Shown here: piece after piece, positions 38,267 through 49,056 of the stretch
Layout: every line of letters begins with the position of its first letter
How positions within the stretch are numbered: the stretch's first letter is position 1
Origin: an uncultured Candidatus Saccharibacteria bacterium
Lineage (GTDB): Bacteria > Patescibacteriota > Minisyncoccia > Phycocordibacterales > JAKAEA01
Length of the DNA: 64,000 nt
Direction of reading: 5' to 3'
NCBI GenBank assembly: GCA_964532205.1
Contig: CAZHGQ010000004.1
Span: 3,118-67,117, forward strand
Made by a program: the position numbers and the translations under genes
The notes under the pieces: generated by a model
The model's database searches: none
The model's input: the letters and a program-made list of their open reading frames with translations, nothing else
What the model was told of the DNA's origin: nothing

Positions 38267-39850
38267 ATGATTGCACGCACGTCGTACGAGATTCACAAAC
38301 CGGTGGGCATCTGGATTCGCGTCTCGACTGAAGACCAGGCCCAGGGTGATAGTCCTGAGCATCATGAGAAGCGTGCCCGCTATTACGCCGAATCCAAAGA
38401 GTGGGACGTCAAAGAGGTGTATCACCTGGAAGGTGTGAGTGGAAAGACGCTCATGGGGCATCCCGAGACACGCCGAATGCTCGAAGACATCCGCACCGGG
38501 AAGATTCGCGGGTTGATCTTCTCCAAGCTCGCCCGTCTCGCCCGCAATACCAAGGAACTCTTGGAGTTCGCCGATATCTTCCGCGAACACAACGCGGATT
38601 TGATTTCTCTTCAAGAATCGATTGATACCTCCACACCCGCAGGCCGTCTCTTCTACACCATGATTGCAGCGATGGCGCAGTGGGAACGGGAGGAGATCGC
38701 GGATCGCGTGAAGGCATCGATTGCCATCCGAGCTAAGCTGGGCAAGCCGTTAAGCGGCAGACCGGCATTTGGATATACACTTAAGGATAAGAAGGTCGTT
38801 CCCCATCCCACCGAAGCCCCGGTTCGCAAGCTCATCTATGAATTATTTGCCGAGCATCGCCGGTACAAGACGGTGGCGAGGCTGCTCAACGAGTCCGGGT
38901 ATCGCACCCGAAGCGGTGGACTCTTCTCCCATTCCACCGTTGAACGACTCATTGACGATCCAACCGCTAAAGGCGTGTATCGCACAGCGTTCACTGAGAA
39001 GATCAAAGGCAGAAGCTGGGTAAGCCAGAAGCCGGAGAGCGAATGGACGACGATTGCGGTTGAGCCCATCGTTTCTGAGGAGTTGTGGGAACAGTGCCAC
39101 AAGTTGCAGGCAGAGCGGTACCAACCTCGCAAGCGTCCAGGCAAACGTCCGGTGCATCTGTTTGCAGGATTGGCGTACTGTGAATGCGGCAAGAAGATGT
39201 ATGTCCCGTCCAACACGCCCAAGTACGTCTGTCAGGCCTGCCGCATCAAGATTCCCATCGTGGACTTAGAGAATGTCTTTATTGAACAACTCAAAGGTTT
39301 CTTCCTATCCCCCGATCAACTTGCAACGCATGTCGAATTGGCAGATGACAACATCCGAGAAAAGCACAAGCTTCTTGAGGTGCTTCAATCGGAAGCGGAC
39401 AAGCTTCAAGCCGAGATTGACAAGACCTACCAACTCTATCTGGAAGGACAGTTATCCACCGAAGGCTTCGGCAAGTTCTACAAACCCCTGGAAGACCGGC
39501 AGAAGCAACTTGGGGAGGAGCTACCCAAGCTCCAAGCTGAGCTTGACCTGCTGCGGATTAATGGCATTTCCGCTGATCTCGTCATGACTGAAGCCAAGGA
39601 CCTCTATGCCCGCTGGAAGGATTTAGACAAAGACGAGAAGCGCCGAGTCATTGAATCTCTTACCGATCGGATCACGATCGGAAAGGAGGCGATAGACATA
39701 AGTCTTTGCTTTCGCCCCTCCTATGAAGAAATGACAAATAGGCAACGCGAGCTTGTCATGGCGTTACCTATTTGCCACCTCAAGCTAACTCATCGAATCG
39801 TCGAGAGTTGTGTAAAACCGAAGATCCCGAGCATGATACAATCGAGGTAA
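38267..39850 (+). CDS. Large serine recombinase rec3 (distinct subfamily from rec1/rec2)
   Basis: IWIRVSTEDQ catalytic Ser. Recombinase domain. CECGKKMYVPSNTPKYVCQAC zinc ribbon. Coiled coil. Confidence 0.85.
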   Translation: MIARTSYEIHKPVGIWIRVSTEDQAQGDSPEHHEKRARYYAESKEWDVKEVYHLEGVSGKTLMGHPETRRMLEDIRTGKIRGLIFSKLARLARNTKELLEFADIFREHNADLISLQESIDTSTPAGRLFYTMIAAMAQWEREEIADRVKASIAIRAKLGKPLSGRPAFGYTLKDKKVVPHPTEAPVRKLIYELFAEHRRYKTVARLLNESGYRTRSGGLFSHSTVERLIDDPTAKGVYRTAFTEKIKGRSWVSQKPESEWTTIAVEPIVSEELWEQCHKLQAERYQPRKRPGKRPVHLFAGLAYCECGKKMYVPSNTPKYVCQACRIKIPIVDLENVFIEQLKGFFLSPDQLATHVELADDNIREKHKLLEVLQSEADKLQAEIDKTYQLYLEGQLSTEGFGKFYKPLEDRQKQLGEELPKLQAELDLLRINGISADLVMTEAKDLYARWKDLDKDEKRRVIESLTDRITIGKEAIDISLCFRPSYEEMTNRQRELVMALPICHLKLTHRIVESCVKPKIPSMIQSR

Positions 39851-40738
39851 ATGACGTCTACAAGAGGTGGGGTGAATATTGAACTTCAAGTACGCGATAT
39901 CGCGCTACTTCGTGACCTTTTTGAATCTCGATTCATGGCACTCCGGCACATCGCGGGCCTACATTTTGACTCTCGGCACGAGCCAGCCCGAAAACGAGTA
40001 TCTCTACTTTGCAGTGCAGGATACATCCGGGTGAGGGCACGCCACTTTAACGAACCTGCGCTGTACTTCTTGACCGCGCGCGGCATGCGACTTCTTTCGC
40101 AATACGGCCACTTAGGATCGTATCCTCATCTGTCTCGCGCGGTCTTGCAGAAGCGACTTGAGATAAGTTCACTAACTCTCCGGCATGAGCTCGATGTGCT
40201 GGATGTCAAAACGGCATTTGTGAACGCGACAAGATCAAACGCCAAACTCCGCATCGCAACCTTCTCAACGTGGCCGAAACTGCATTCCTTTCAAATGCTT
40301 TCAAGCGACGGGTCTGAAGTCATCGTAAAGCCTGATGGGTATATCGTCGTCCAAGAACCGCGTGCCGATTGCCCGCTTGTCATCCATCGATTCTTCCTTG
40401 AAGTCGACCGAAGCACCGAATCGCTTCGGGTCATTGACACGCGATGCAACGCATACGTCGACTATTACCGCAGCGGGGGCTTCGCTGTCGCAAACGGATT
40501 GTCATTCGACGATTATAAGCGTTTCCCATTCCGCGTTCTGATCATCACCAAGAGCGAAGAACGCCTGCAAAACATCGCCGACCGGATAAGCAAGACCGCT
40601 GGATCTCAGATTTGGCTTACGACACAGCGCGATTTCATAATCGGTTCGCTTGGGCAGATTTGGCGCTTGGTGAAACACGGCCACACTAACCAGCCGAACG
40701 ATCACAAGTCGCTCTTCATCACCCGCACCAATTTTTAA
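39851..40738 (+). CDS. Replication-relaxation (Replic_Relax) family protein
   Basis: N-terminal wHTH (DIALLRDLFESRFMALRHIAGL) and FFLEVDRSTE core motif. Confidence 0.6.
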   Translation: MTSTRGGVNIELQVRDIALLRDLFESRFMALRHIAGLHFDSRHEPARKRVSLLCSAGYIRVRARHFNEPALYFLTARGMRLLSQYGHLGSYPHLSRAVLQKRLEISSLTLRHELDVLDVKTAFVNATRSNAKLRIATFSTWPKLHSFQMLSSDGSEVIVKPDGYIVVQEPRADCPLVIHRFFLEVDRSTESLRVIDTRCNAYVDYYRSGGFAVANGLSFDDYKRFPFRVLIITKSEERLQNIADRISKTAGSQIWLTTQRDFIIGSLGQIWRLVKHGHTNQPNDHKSLFITRTNF

Positions 40739-40762
40739 CCAACAGTGGATAGCAACTACTAC

Positions 40763-41092
40763 TCATCTACTGGAGTGCAGTTCCTTCAGACCTGCTCGCG
40801 CATCATCGGCCTCCTTATCCAATCCTTCTGTCTCTGCCAGGGGGATTACCCTCTGAAACATTTCGATCGCTTCGACTAAGCGTCCGAGATCTTTCATCAA
40901 GCATGCGAGGCAATAGAGAATCTGCACCCGATCGTAGGTATCTTCTTCTTGTTCAGCCTTAAGCAAAGCTTCGCGAAGTTGATTTTCTCCATCAGTGGTA
41001 CGGCCACGATCGAGTAGCAGTAGTGCTTTATTGAACATGTCACGTGCATTCATTTTATCTCCCATACATTCTAATGAAGTTGCGAGAAGCAC
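40763..41092 (-). CDS. TPR-like small protein; candidate immunity protein for the upstream Rhs toxin
   Basis: Helical TPR-like repeats. Immediately downstream of the toxin gene, overlapping it by 38 nt. Confidence 0.4.
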   Translation of the reverse strand: MLLATSLECMGDKMNARDMFNKALLLLDRGRTTDGENQLREALLKAEQEEDTYDRVQILYCLACLMKDLGRLVEAIEMFQRVIPLAETEGLDKEADDARAGLKELHSSR

Positions 41093-44000
41093 GTGGTACT
41101 AAATACATCTCAGAGAGGAGTTTGACTTGCCTCTCGATGTCCGCAACTCCAAAATTCGGATTTGCGTTGGCGAAAAGTTCCCACTGCTTGTTCCACTCAG
41201 GGTGCAGTGTCTTGTGGAGTGCGTAAGGTATTTCTGTAATCCGTTGATCTACGAACTTGCGCGGGTCATAGCCGAGAGCTCGGAGCCGATTGCTGAAAGT
41301 GGAATTCTTGAGCAGTTGCTGCGGCACAAGATGATGTTGCCTCATTGCCGCTGGTCCGTAGCGTGCACGGTAGCCTGATGTATTTCGTACCATGCCGCTC
41401 GGCGTCGATCCGGACAATGAATAAACTGCAGTTGAGCCAACTCCGACCACACCGCCCCAGTTGACCGCAGCCCCACTAAAGACGCTTGCAGCAGTTGAAC
41501 CACCGCCCATCACTGAAGCAACAGTTTGACCACCGATAATGGACAGCGCTGGTGGAGGTGTCCGGCTAAAGAGCATCAACGCGCCCTGGGCGCCTTCATC
41601 GGCGTATCGCAACGCCGTGGTCGAGAACCGGCTAATCGCGCCGGGGAACGAACCGGCCAGAGCGCCGATGTTCGTGCCGACCTCCACGCTCTTCCAGTAG
41701 TCCGCTCCTGTCGATGCGGAATAGATCGCGCCACCAGCGCCGCCGACCGCTGTTCCTGCAGCGAGATACCAAAGCGCAGAAGTGCCACCTGACGCTACGG
41801 TCAACGCGACTGTGCCGGCCCATCCGGAAATCTTCGCTAGATGATATGGATCGGCATTCCACTCCGCAGATGGCCGGAACGCGTCATATTTACCCGAGAA
41901 ATCCGTCCACGCATCGAGTGTGCTTGGATTGCTCCATTGTCCTTGTGTTCCGGCGAAACCATCCTTCTCCTGCACGCCCGTCCATTCGACGTTTTTGCCA
42001 TCAAAGAATCCACCGGCGGTATAGCTTTGGTAGGCGTAGCCATCTTCTGTCTGCGGCGTGCCGCGGTAGCTGTCGTGCTCGGTTTGGTTGGGCATCCAAA
42101 GCATGCCGTCACCATCATCACGACCGCCACGCCAAAGGTAACGGAAGCGGTAACCGTCGCTAGACGTGGACCTGCCGTATTGATCGACTTTATAATCAAA
42201 GGTGCTGGTTCCTGTGGATTGACCGACTGCAACCTGTCCTTCTGTTGTGTATGTGTACATCTCACGGTTGATCGCCAAACTTGTAAAATCTTCGCGGATG
42301 CGCCAGACGCTGCCATCGGGTCCGCTGTACACCCAGACACGACTACCATCATCATTGTCTCGAAGCACCATCCGTCCGGGTTCACCGGCGCTCCAGACAT
42401 ACTGATTCTGGGGCTGAGTGCGATACGTGCCGTCAATCTGCTCTTGTTTCTCTTCAATCACATTGCCAGCGGCGTCATAGAACAGGTGCAGCGTGCCCTG
42501 ATATCCCGTGACCTCTTGCGTGCTGTTGGTCTCGGAGATGCGTCGTCCAAGCGCATCGTAGTCGAATGTCAGCGTGTGCGCATTGGGAATATCGTAAGCG
42601 TATTGGTATTGAGAATTCCCCGGATCGGCGAAGATCTCGTCGAGCTTGACTGTCGTCTTGCTTGCGAGCCGACCCAACCCGTCATACTGAACAAAGACAT
42701 CAATGCGCTGATCGATATTATCGACAGGTGTTGATTGAATCGGGCTATTGCCGGTTGGCACTGGGCGCTGGAACACTAAACGTGCAGGTGGATCAAAGGT
42801 GTTTGTCCCGCTTCGGTCGCGTGTCAGGACACTGGCATCGATGATGTTATCCCAATTCTGCGATGAGATTGGCAGCGGATCACCATCGGAATCGGTCGTG
42901 ACGGAAGGCGCGTTGAGGCTGGTCAATCTTCCGCGTTTGTCGCTGCCTGTATTCAGCCAGTAAGTGAAATTCCCTGGATAGTCTCCATCACCGCGGACGA
43001 ACGACTGAACTCTGCCCAACTGGTCATATACCTGATTCGCCGGCGCGCTGCCCGAGCCATACAACTCGCTTCTCCACCGTCCGTTGAAGTTGTCTTGGCT
43101 ATCAAGCCAAGAGTAAAGAACATTCCCATCAGCGTCGTAGCCATAAGCACGTTGTTCGAGGCCGACGTCATGAATGACTACGCGCCCAAACCGATCGAGC
43201 CCGCCATATTGATCGTTGACGCGACCTGCATCGTCGGCGACCTGGTTCCAATCCATTGTCACTGCTGATGCAGGATCGAGATCATAAATGTATGTCGTAC
43301 CTTGAAATGATACGGCCACGCCGCCAGCACTAAGCACACGCGGCATATTACGTTCGACAATGCGATTCAAGCCAAGATACTCGTAACGTTCCAGCCGGTC
43401 GTTGTTTACGGCGGTGGATGGATCACCATCGACCATGAATCCAACTCTGCTGATCCGATCGTTGAGCACTCGGCTGAAGTTCACGAGCGTACTGCTGGTC
43501 GTGTAGTCTTGATATCCATACACCACGCCCACTTCGCGGCCATCGGGATAGACTGTCTTTGCAAGACGGGTGAGATTGTTTCCAAAATCGGTGGTGTAGA
43601 CGTATTGAACCTTTTGCGATGGAGTCCCTCCTGTACGAGCGACCGATGTCTTGTGTTCCTGCCATTCTGTTACGAGATTGCCAAGCCCGTCGAAGTCCCG
43701 GATCACTTGATTCTTGACCGTTGTTCCAGAATCGAGCGTTGTAAATTCAATTCCCCGGCTGAGTGCATCGAATCGTGTGCGAATCTTCTGACCACGATCC
43801 AACATGTTGGCCGGTTTCGATGCGGCATCGATCCACTCCGTCAGCGTCAGTCTGCCAAGTGTGTCGTAGTTGAATCGCTGCTCGCGAATCTGTTTCTGCG
43901 TAGCCGACGTGCTGAGGTTGTAGATTTCCTCTTTCTGTTGCCTGTTTTCGCCCAATGCGGTATAGCCGGTCATCACCTCGCGATGCCCTGATCCAGAGTA

Positions 44001-47000
44001 AGCACCAGCAGGACGACCGTATACAACACTGCTCAAGAGCCCGCTGTGATTGACAAGAATCGTGCTGTTTTTCGTGACGCCATAGTTGTACGTCGTGATG
44101 TAGGAATAGGCGGTGTTTGATTTGTAGGTGGTGGTTTCAATCTGGGTTTGCTGATCAAAGCCGTTGTAGGTGTAAAGCGTTTTTCGCGTGTCGTCTGCGG
44201 TTGGAGCAGATGAGCGATATCCTTCTTGAACAATGGTGGCACGATCCAGCGCGTCATAGGTTGTGCGAGTGACTACACCTCGCGGACTCACCACATCCTG
44301 CAACCGGCCCGCAGTGTCAAAAACATAATCTGTCTGCAACCAACGATCCCAACCATCAGCTGCAGTATCGCGTCCAGGAGCGGTGCTTGGTCGCGAAAAG
44401 TCCCGCACGCCGTTTGCATTGGCATCGCCATCATCGCCATTGTTGCCCCAGTTGACCTGATTGGTCAGTCGGTCCGCAGAATCGTAATAGTTGCCGACAA
44501 GACTGATGCGGGCATTCAAAGAAGTTAAGTCACCCAAATCCGTCTTGTCATGATCCCGCTGCCCGGTTGCAATCAGAGTTGGATTTCCGTTGCCGTCATA
44601 ACTTGTTTCAACTTGTTCCAAAACAACATCATCGCTTACGCTGCCAGCGGCGGTATAGTTGCCGGAAGCACCAGGTGCCGGATCATCTTTTCCATCAGTC
44701 GTGTATCGCTTGGTTTCCCGGCTAGCCCCGTCGTACACCATCTTCTGATTTAAGCCGCCGGGGTTGCGCTGTTTGATCAGGTTGCCGCGATTGTCGTACC
44801 ACATGCTGGTGGTAAGGTAATTGCCTTTTGTGCCCGCAGTACCGGACCATTCCTGCTCGACGCTATACTGCCGTACTTCGTACACGTTTCCGCGATCATC
44901 AAACAGGGTGTCTTGATATGCGCGACGTTGCGCGGAGAGCGTGCTATCCACCGTTCCCAGATTCAAACTGTTGATGTTCTGCCCGTCGCCGTCGTAAATA
45001 CCCTTGCCAACACATCTATCCAAGTTGTCAAAAACACAGAGTGTAATAGGTGAGTTTACCGTCGTGTCGCTGGTGACTCCTTCATGCGTCAACACCAGAC
45101 GATCGCGCCAATCATAGCGCATGGCGGTCACGCGATCCGCGTTAGAGCCTCCTGGAATTTGCGTGACCTTCGTGAGCGTATCGTCACCCACGTTTCCACC
45201 GTCAACGCTGCCACCATCATATTCATTGGCAGTGACCTTCGTCATATTCGTGCCGGGAGAACCTGGAGACCAACTACTGTCATCCGTACCCACCCACGTT
45301 GAGATTGCACGATCCAGTCCGTCATACACGGTGCGCGTGATGGTTGGGTTAAAGCCGGAGAGACTTCCGCCCGTGTACAAATCTCGACCGGCAGCTTGGC
45401 GCGTCTGCCGTCCCCGCTCATCGTAACCAAACTCGGTGCGATATCGGGTTGTCGTGCCTGTTAGAGCGCCAGTGCTGGCGGTATAGGCGTTGCCCGAGGT
45501 GTCCGCGAAACGCTCGACCGCTGTGGCTTGCTGCTGGATATTATGCTCAGTGCGCGTGCGTTTTGTGACTGTTGAAAGCAAGTCACCCGAGCTATCGCGC
45601 ACCACGTCGATTTCATCAAGCACACCTGTCGCGCGATTATCTATAATGACATGGGCTGGTGGAGTATTCCCTGAGCTCGGCAACGGCGGCGTGATTGTCA
45701 CTCGCTTCAGAGCGGCACTGTCGTCATATTCACTCCTAGTAATCCCCGTGCTCAAGCCCATGTAGGTGTTTGCATCCGTAATCTTTCTGTTTCGACCAAG
45801 TAGATCCGCTTCGAAGCCCGTTGTTAATGGAGCTCCGCCACTATCAACAACACTCTGCTTAAGGGCACCCGTGGCGTCAAAATACTGGTTGGTTGCGACC
45901 TTGCCATCGCCGTCCGTAAACGACGTTTCTCTGCCGAAAGAGTCGTACGCCATAATCTCGGTCTTTGATGTGGTTTGTGTGCCGCCGTTCTGAGCCTGAA
46001 GAATGTCGGGAAGCGTTGTAGTTCTTTGTGTGATCCGGTCACTACTATATGAATACGAATAGCTTGTCGTAACGGCACTCGCGCTGGCGTCGCTTCGATA
46101 GACCGTATCAGAAGCGACAACAAATGCGCTCGACGTTGGTGTGCCACCTGTTGCACTTGGACGAGCGCTGTACGTGAGTTCGACTTGCAGATTTTGCGAT
46201 CCTCCTGTCCCCTGTTTTCGACCTGTACGCCACAAGTACCCCGTAGCACTTGCTGGGTCATACTCAAATGTATGGACCAACCCGGTGGCACTCTGCAAGG
46301 TTGCCGGGTGATTGTTGCTGTCGCTGATTGACGCGACAGCTGTCGGCGTCGCTGTAAGGGTCAAGCGTCCTTTTGCATCGAATTGATTGGCGGTGTTCCA
46401 AGTCGCCGCCGTTGTCGCTGTGGGCGAGCTATAACTTGTGAGCAGGACTTCGCCACGGCTGTTTGTGTAAACGACATTCTTGTCGTTATTGCTCAGATCT
46501 GCATTGTCGGAATCCGGTAGGGATTCAATTGTCTTTGAATCCCACGTGTTTACACCACTGCGCCCACCGGTGGTACTCGACGATGGACCAGCATAGTCAT
46601 AGCTGAACGTTCCACTGCCTTGAATCGTCTGCGTTTTCACTCGATTACGCCGAAGTACGGTGGAATCATCGGCGGCGTAGTAATCGAGCACAAGATTCGC
46701 GTACGGTTGGAGTGTCGCTTGGTTCACTGACGCTGGATCCATTCCTTCGCGGCCAAGCGCACGCTCATAAGAAGCGCCCTCAAGCACGAGAATCAGTCGG
46801 CCATAGTTGTCATAGCGATAGAGCTTGCGTTCGACTGCATTGCCACTTTGCTTGACGGTAACGCGCTTCAAGTTTCCAGGATTGCCATATGTGGTGTCGC
46901 TTCCACCGTAATATTCGTATTCGACGTTGCGCACCGCTTCGACTGCACCCGCATTGAGGTCGTTGCGTCGCTCCATCAGCATGCCAGTGAGTTGATTGAT

Positions 47001-48764
47001 ACCGTTATAGCTGTATGTGAGGCGTTCAAGAATAGCAGAGTCAGAAAGCCGTTTTCGCTCCACGGTGTTTGGCAATCCGGCAGCCGTGTAGTTGATCTTC
47101 GTTTCGTTCCCTGCCGAATCCACGTAGCGATCCAGTTGGCCACGCTGCAGCGACGCGATGCTGCTGCCGAAACCATGGAAATAAAACTTGTTACCCAACG
47201 TGTCTGTTACGCGGTATCCCGTGCCATCGACCACAAGCCGATCTAGGCTGAAATCACGTGCCACATAAGCAGAGCCGGTGTAATCAAACCACTGTGAGGA
47301 TCGACCACCGGCTACGAGAATCATGCTACTCGTCGCTTGAATCAGAGACGGCCACTGTGCCATGCTCCATCCAGCGCCATTGAGTGCATCGATTCCCTGC
47401 CCGCGAGAATTGTTCCACGTTCGTGTGTGACCCGAGACAATTCCGCCTTCCGCCGGGTCGAGGTCGGATGAGGTAAAGAACACCGAACCATCTGCATACC
47501 GAACAACACCGGAAAAGCCGTCGGTCATCGGATCACTGCTATCAGCACCTGTCGCGGTGCCACCTGGACGATCGGCAAGTGGGTCATTGAAGTATGATGG
47601 GGTTGCTCGGACGGCGGTCAGCCGAACTGTATCCATGTATTTACCGGGTGTTCCCGCGTTTCCATCCGGATCAACTTCCACAATAATGCTTTGTTCTGCG
47701 AGCGTAGGCGACGGTCTGACTGCCTCCACATAGAGCGTTGTGCCAAGCGCTTGGAATTGCGCCAGTGTATACGTAGTTCCGGATGTGCCTCCGGCAACAA
47801 AATCCGACACCGTGCGGGTTGCGTCCGAACCGTCTTTTTTCCAAAGGCGCAACCATCCAGCGGCGGGTGTGTCCGACGTCGTCGCACCGGAGCTCGGATC
47901 GGAACTGTCGTATGTAAGCTTGATTATCGCGGAAGACGTCAAACCGCTCGGAAGCGTGAGTTGAAGCGGTACAAATTTCAATCCCGTTGCCGTGTCATCA
48001 TTTGATGCTGACCCGTCACGGTTGTAGCCATCGGCAAAGTCGGGAATTCCATCGAGGTCAATGTCGCCATTATTAACGGTAATGATTTTGCCCGGTCGAC
48101 CAATGGACTCCTCGATATCCGTCTCTGAGCCGTTTCGCTCCGGCGACCCCGCACTGGTGTTGTCCGAGTCAATGGACACATCCATGCGCTTCACCGAATC
48201 TGCATAGTACGAAAAGAACAGCGTGTAGTCGTCATTATTCACTAATCCGTCGCCGGTCATATCACCTTGGGTATACTTGGCCCCAGTTGCACCAAAATTT
48301 CCCGCGAGAATGTTGAAATCAATGCTGTTTGCTTTCAGATCCCGATCAAAATCTCCTGGTTGAAATTCGAAGCGGTAGACATTACTCAGCGAAGGCGAGG
48401 CCGACGAAAGTGTAAGTTGGAAACTTCCTTTGGAGAGAATCGCGCCCATACCCGGAAATGTTACTTTCGCAGTGGCGGCATCCGGAAACGTCACGGTGGG
48501 CGTCGAGTTCGCAGGTGCCGAACCGGTCTCGATATCGATTAGCGAGAAGTTGGAGGCGCTCAAACCGCTGCTCACGGCATCACTAAAACGGTACACCACG
48601 CCTTGTGAGCCCGCTTGTGTGTAATCGAACGATGCTTCCATTAGCCGGACGGGGGCGCTGAGCAGTTGCCGACGTTCCAGTGCATCCATTGCACAGTGCG
48701 CAAGAAGACTATGAACGCTGGCACGATTCCGGCGAGAGCGACGATCCATGATGGCTCCTTCCAA
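41055..48764 (-). CDS. Rhs/YD-repeat polymorphic toxin (2569 aa) with dockerin-like N-region and C-terminal QHH (AHH-like HNH nuclease) domain
   Basis: GDMTGDGLVNNDD. Dozens of YD repeats (YxYDxxGR). Distinct about 120-aa C-terminal tail with RQHHLVPQ. Confidence 0.75.
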   Translation of the reverse strand: MEGAIMDRRSRRNRASVHSLLAHCAMDALERRQLLSAPVRLMEASFDYTQAGSQGVVYRFSDAVSSGLSASNFSLIDIETGSAPANSTPTVTFPDAATAKVTFPGMGAILSKGSFQLTLSSASPSLSNVYRFEFQPGDFDRDLKANSIDFNILAGNFGATGAKYTQGDMTGDGLVNNDDYTLFFSYYADSVKRMDVSIDSDNTSAGSPERNGSETDIEESIGRPGKIITVNNGDIDLDGIPDFADGYNRDGSASNDDTATGLKFVPLQLTLPSGLTSSAIIKLTYDSSDPSSGATTSDTPAAGWLRLWKKDGSDATRTVSDFVAGGTSGTTYTLAQFQALGTTLYVEAVRPSPTLAEQSIIVEVDPDGNAGTPGKYMDTVRLTAVRATPSYFNDPLADRPGGTATGADSSDPMTDGFSGVVRYADGSVFFTSSDLDPAEGGIVSGHTRTWNNSRGQGIDALNGAGWSMAQWPSLIQATSSMILVAGGRSSQWFDYTGSAYVARDFSLDRLVVDGTGYRVTDTLGNKFYFHGFGSSIASLQRGQLDRYVDSAGNETKINYTAAGLPNTVERKRLSDSAILERLTYSYNGINQLTGMLMERRNDLNAGAVEAVRNVEYEYYGGSDTTYGNPGNLKRVTVKQSGNAVERKLYRYDNYGRLILVLEGASYERALGREGMDPASVNQATLQPYANLVLDYYAADDSTVLRRNRVKTQTIQGSGTFSYDYAGPSSSTTGGRSGVNTWDSKTIESLPDSDNADLSNNDKNVVYTNSRGEVLLTSYSSPTATTAATWNTANQFDAKGRLTLTATPTAVASISDSNNHPATLQSATGLVHTFEYDPASATGYLWRTGRKQGTGGSQNLQVELTYSARPSATGGTPTSSAFVVASDTVYRSDASASAVTTSYSYSYSSDRITQRTTTLPDILQAQNGGTQTTSKTEIMAYDSFGRETSFTDGDGKVATNQYFDATGALKQSVVDSGGAPLTTGFEADLLGRNRKITDANTYMGLSTGITRSEYDDSAALKRVTITPPLPSSGNTPPAHVIIDNRATGVLDEIDVVRDSSGDLLSTVTKRTRTEHNIQQQATAVERFADTSGNAYTASTGALTGTTTRYRTEFGYDERGRQTRQAAGRDLYTGGSLSGFNPTITRTVYDGLDRAISTWVGTDDSSWSPGSPGTNMTKVTANEYDGGSVDGGNVGDDTLTKVTQIPGGSNADRVTAMRYDWRDRLVLTHEGVTSDTTVNSPITLCVFDNLDRCVGKGIYDGDGQNINSLNLGTVDSTLSAQRRAYQDTLFDDRGNVYEVRQYSVEQEWSGTAGTKGNYLTTSMWYDNRGNLIKQRNPGGLNQKMVYDGASRETKRYTTDGKDDPAPGASGNYTAAGSVSDDVVLEQVETSYDGNGNPTLIATGQRDHDKTDLGDLTSLNARISLVGNYYDSADRLTNQVNWGNNGDDGDANANGVRDFSRPSTAPGRDTAADGWDRWLQTDYVFDTAGRLQDVVSPRGVVTRTTYDALDRATIVQEGYRSSAPTADDTRKTLYTYNGFDQQTQIETTTYKSNTAYSYITTYNYGVTKNSTILVNHSGLLSSVVYGRPAGAYSGSGHREVMTGYTALGENRQQKEEIYNLSTSATQKQIREQRFNYDTLGRLTLTEWIDAASKPANMLDRGQKIRTRFDALSRGIEFTTLDSGTTVKNQVIRDFDGLGNLVTEWQEHKTSVARTGGTPSQKVQYVYTTDFGNNLTRLAKTVYPDGREVGVVYGYQDYTTSSTLVNFSRVLNDRISRVGFMVDGDPSTAVNNDRLERYEYLGLNRIVERNMPRVLSAGGVAVSFQGTTYIYDLDPASAVTMDWNQVADDAGRVNDQYGGLDRFGRVVIHDVGLEQRAYGYDADGNVLYSWLDSQDNFNGRWRSELYGSGSAPANQVYDQLGRVQSFVRGDGDYPGNFTYWLNTGSDKRGRLTSLNAPSVTTDSDGDPLPISSQNWDNIIDASVLTRDRSGTNTFDPPARLVFQRPVPTGNSPIQSTPVDNIDQRIDVFVQYDGLGRLASKTTVKLDEIFADPGNSQYQYAYDIPNAHTLTFDYDALGRRISETNSTQEVTGYQGTLHLFYDAAGNVIEEKQEQIDGTYRTQPQNQYVWSAGEPGRMVLRDNDDGSRVWVYSGPDGSVWRIREDFTSLAINREMYTYTTEGQVAVGQSTGTSTFDYKVDQYGRSTSSDGYRFRYLWRGGRDDGDGMLWMPNQTEHDSYRGTPQTEDGYAYQSYTAGGFFDGKNVEWTGVQEKDGFAGTQGQWSNPSTLDAWTDFSGKYDAFRPSAEWNADPYHLAKISGWAGTVALTVASGGTSALWYLAAGTAVGGAGGAIYSASTGADYWKSVEVGTNIGALAGSFPGAISRFSTTALRYADEGAQGALMLFSRTPPPALSIIGGQTVASVMGGGSTAASVFSGAAVNWGGVVGVGSTAVYSLSGSTPSGMVRNTSGYRARYGPAAMRQHHLVPQQLLKNSTFSNRLRALGYDPRKFVDQRITEIPYALHKTLHPEWNKQWELFANANPNFGVADIERQVKLLSEMYLVPRASRNFIRMYGR

Positions 48765-49056
48765 AGACCCCGACCGAATTGTCTTTGCTTTGATTAACCC
48801 TTTTGTGCCCCGGCGTGTCGCGACTCCCGTTGCGAACAGCGCGCCGGGTTACTTCTCGAATTCAATAGACCAATATGATCAAGCTACGTCAAGATAATTT
48901 TCAGTTAAGACAACTTCATTGAATTTGCTTCGACAGTGTTTCAGGATCGTATCCCCGCCTTGCGCCACAGAACACATCGTGCGAAAATCAAATCAGAATA
49001 TCGCAGCGTCAATTGTCGCGTGTTTGATTCTCAATCTCACATTGAAAGGAGACTTC

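Noticed and set aside
41127-48624. Numerous 60-300-aa ORFs on both strands within the Rhs gene
   Set aside because: By-products of high-GC sequence inside a 7.7-kb CDS whose YD-repeat frame is unambiguous.
48808-48849. GC-rich inverted repeat (ccccggcg...cgccgggt) in the Rhs 5' leader
   Set aside because: Stem is short with a 26-nt loop and no adjacent U-run. Cannot be called a terminator or riboswitch from sequence alone.
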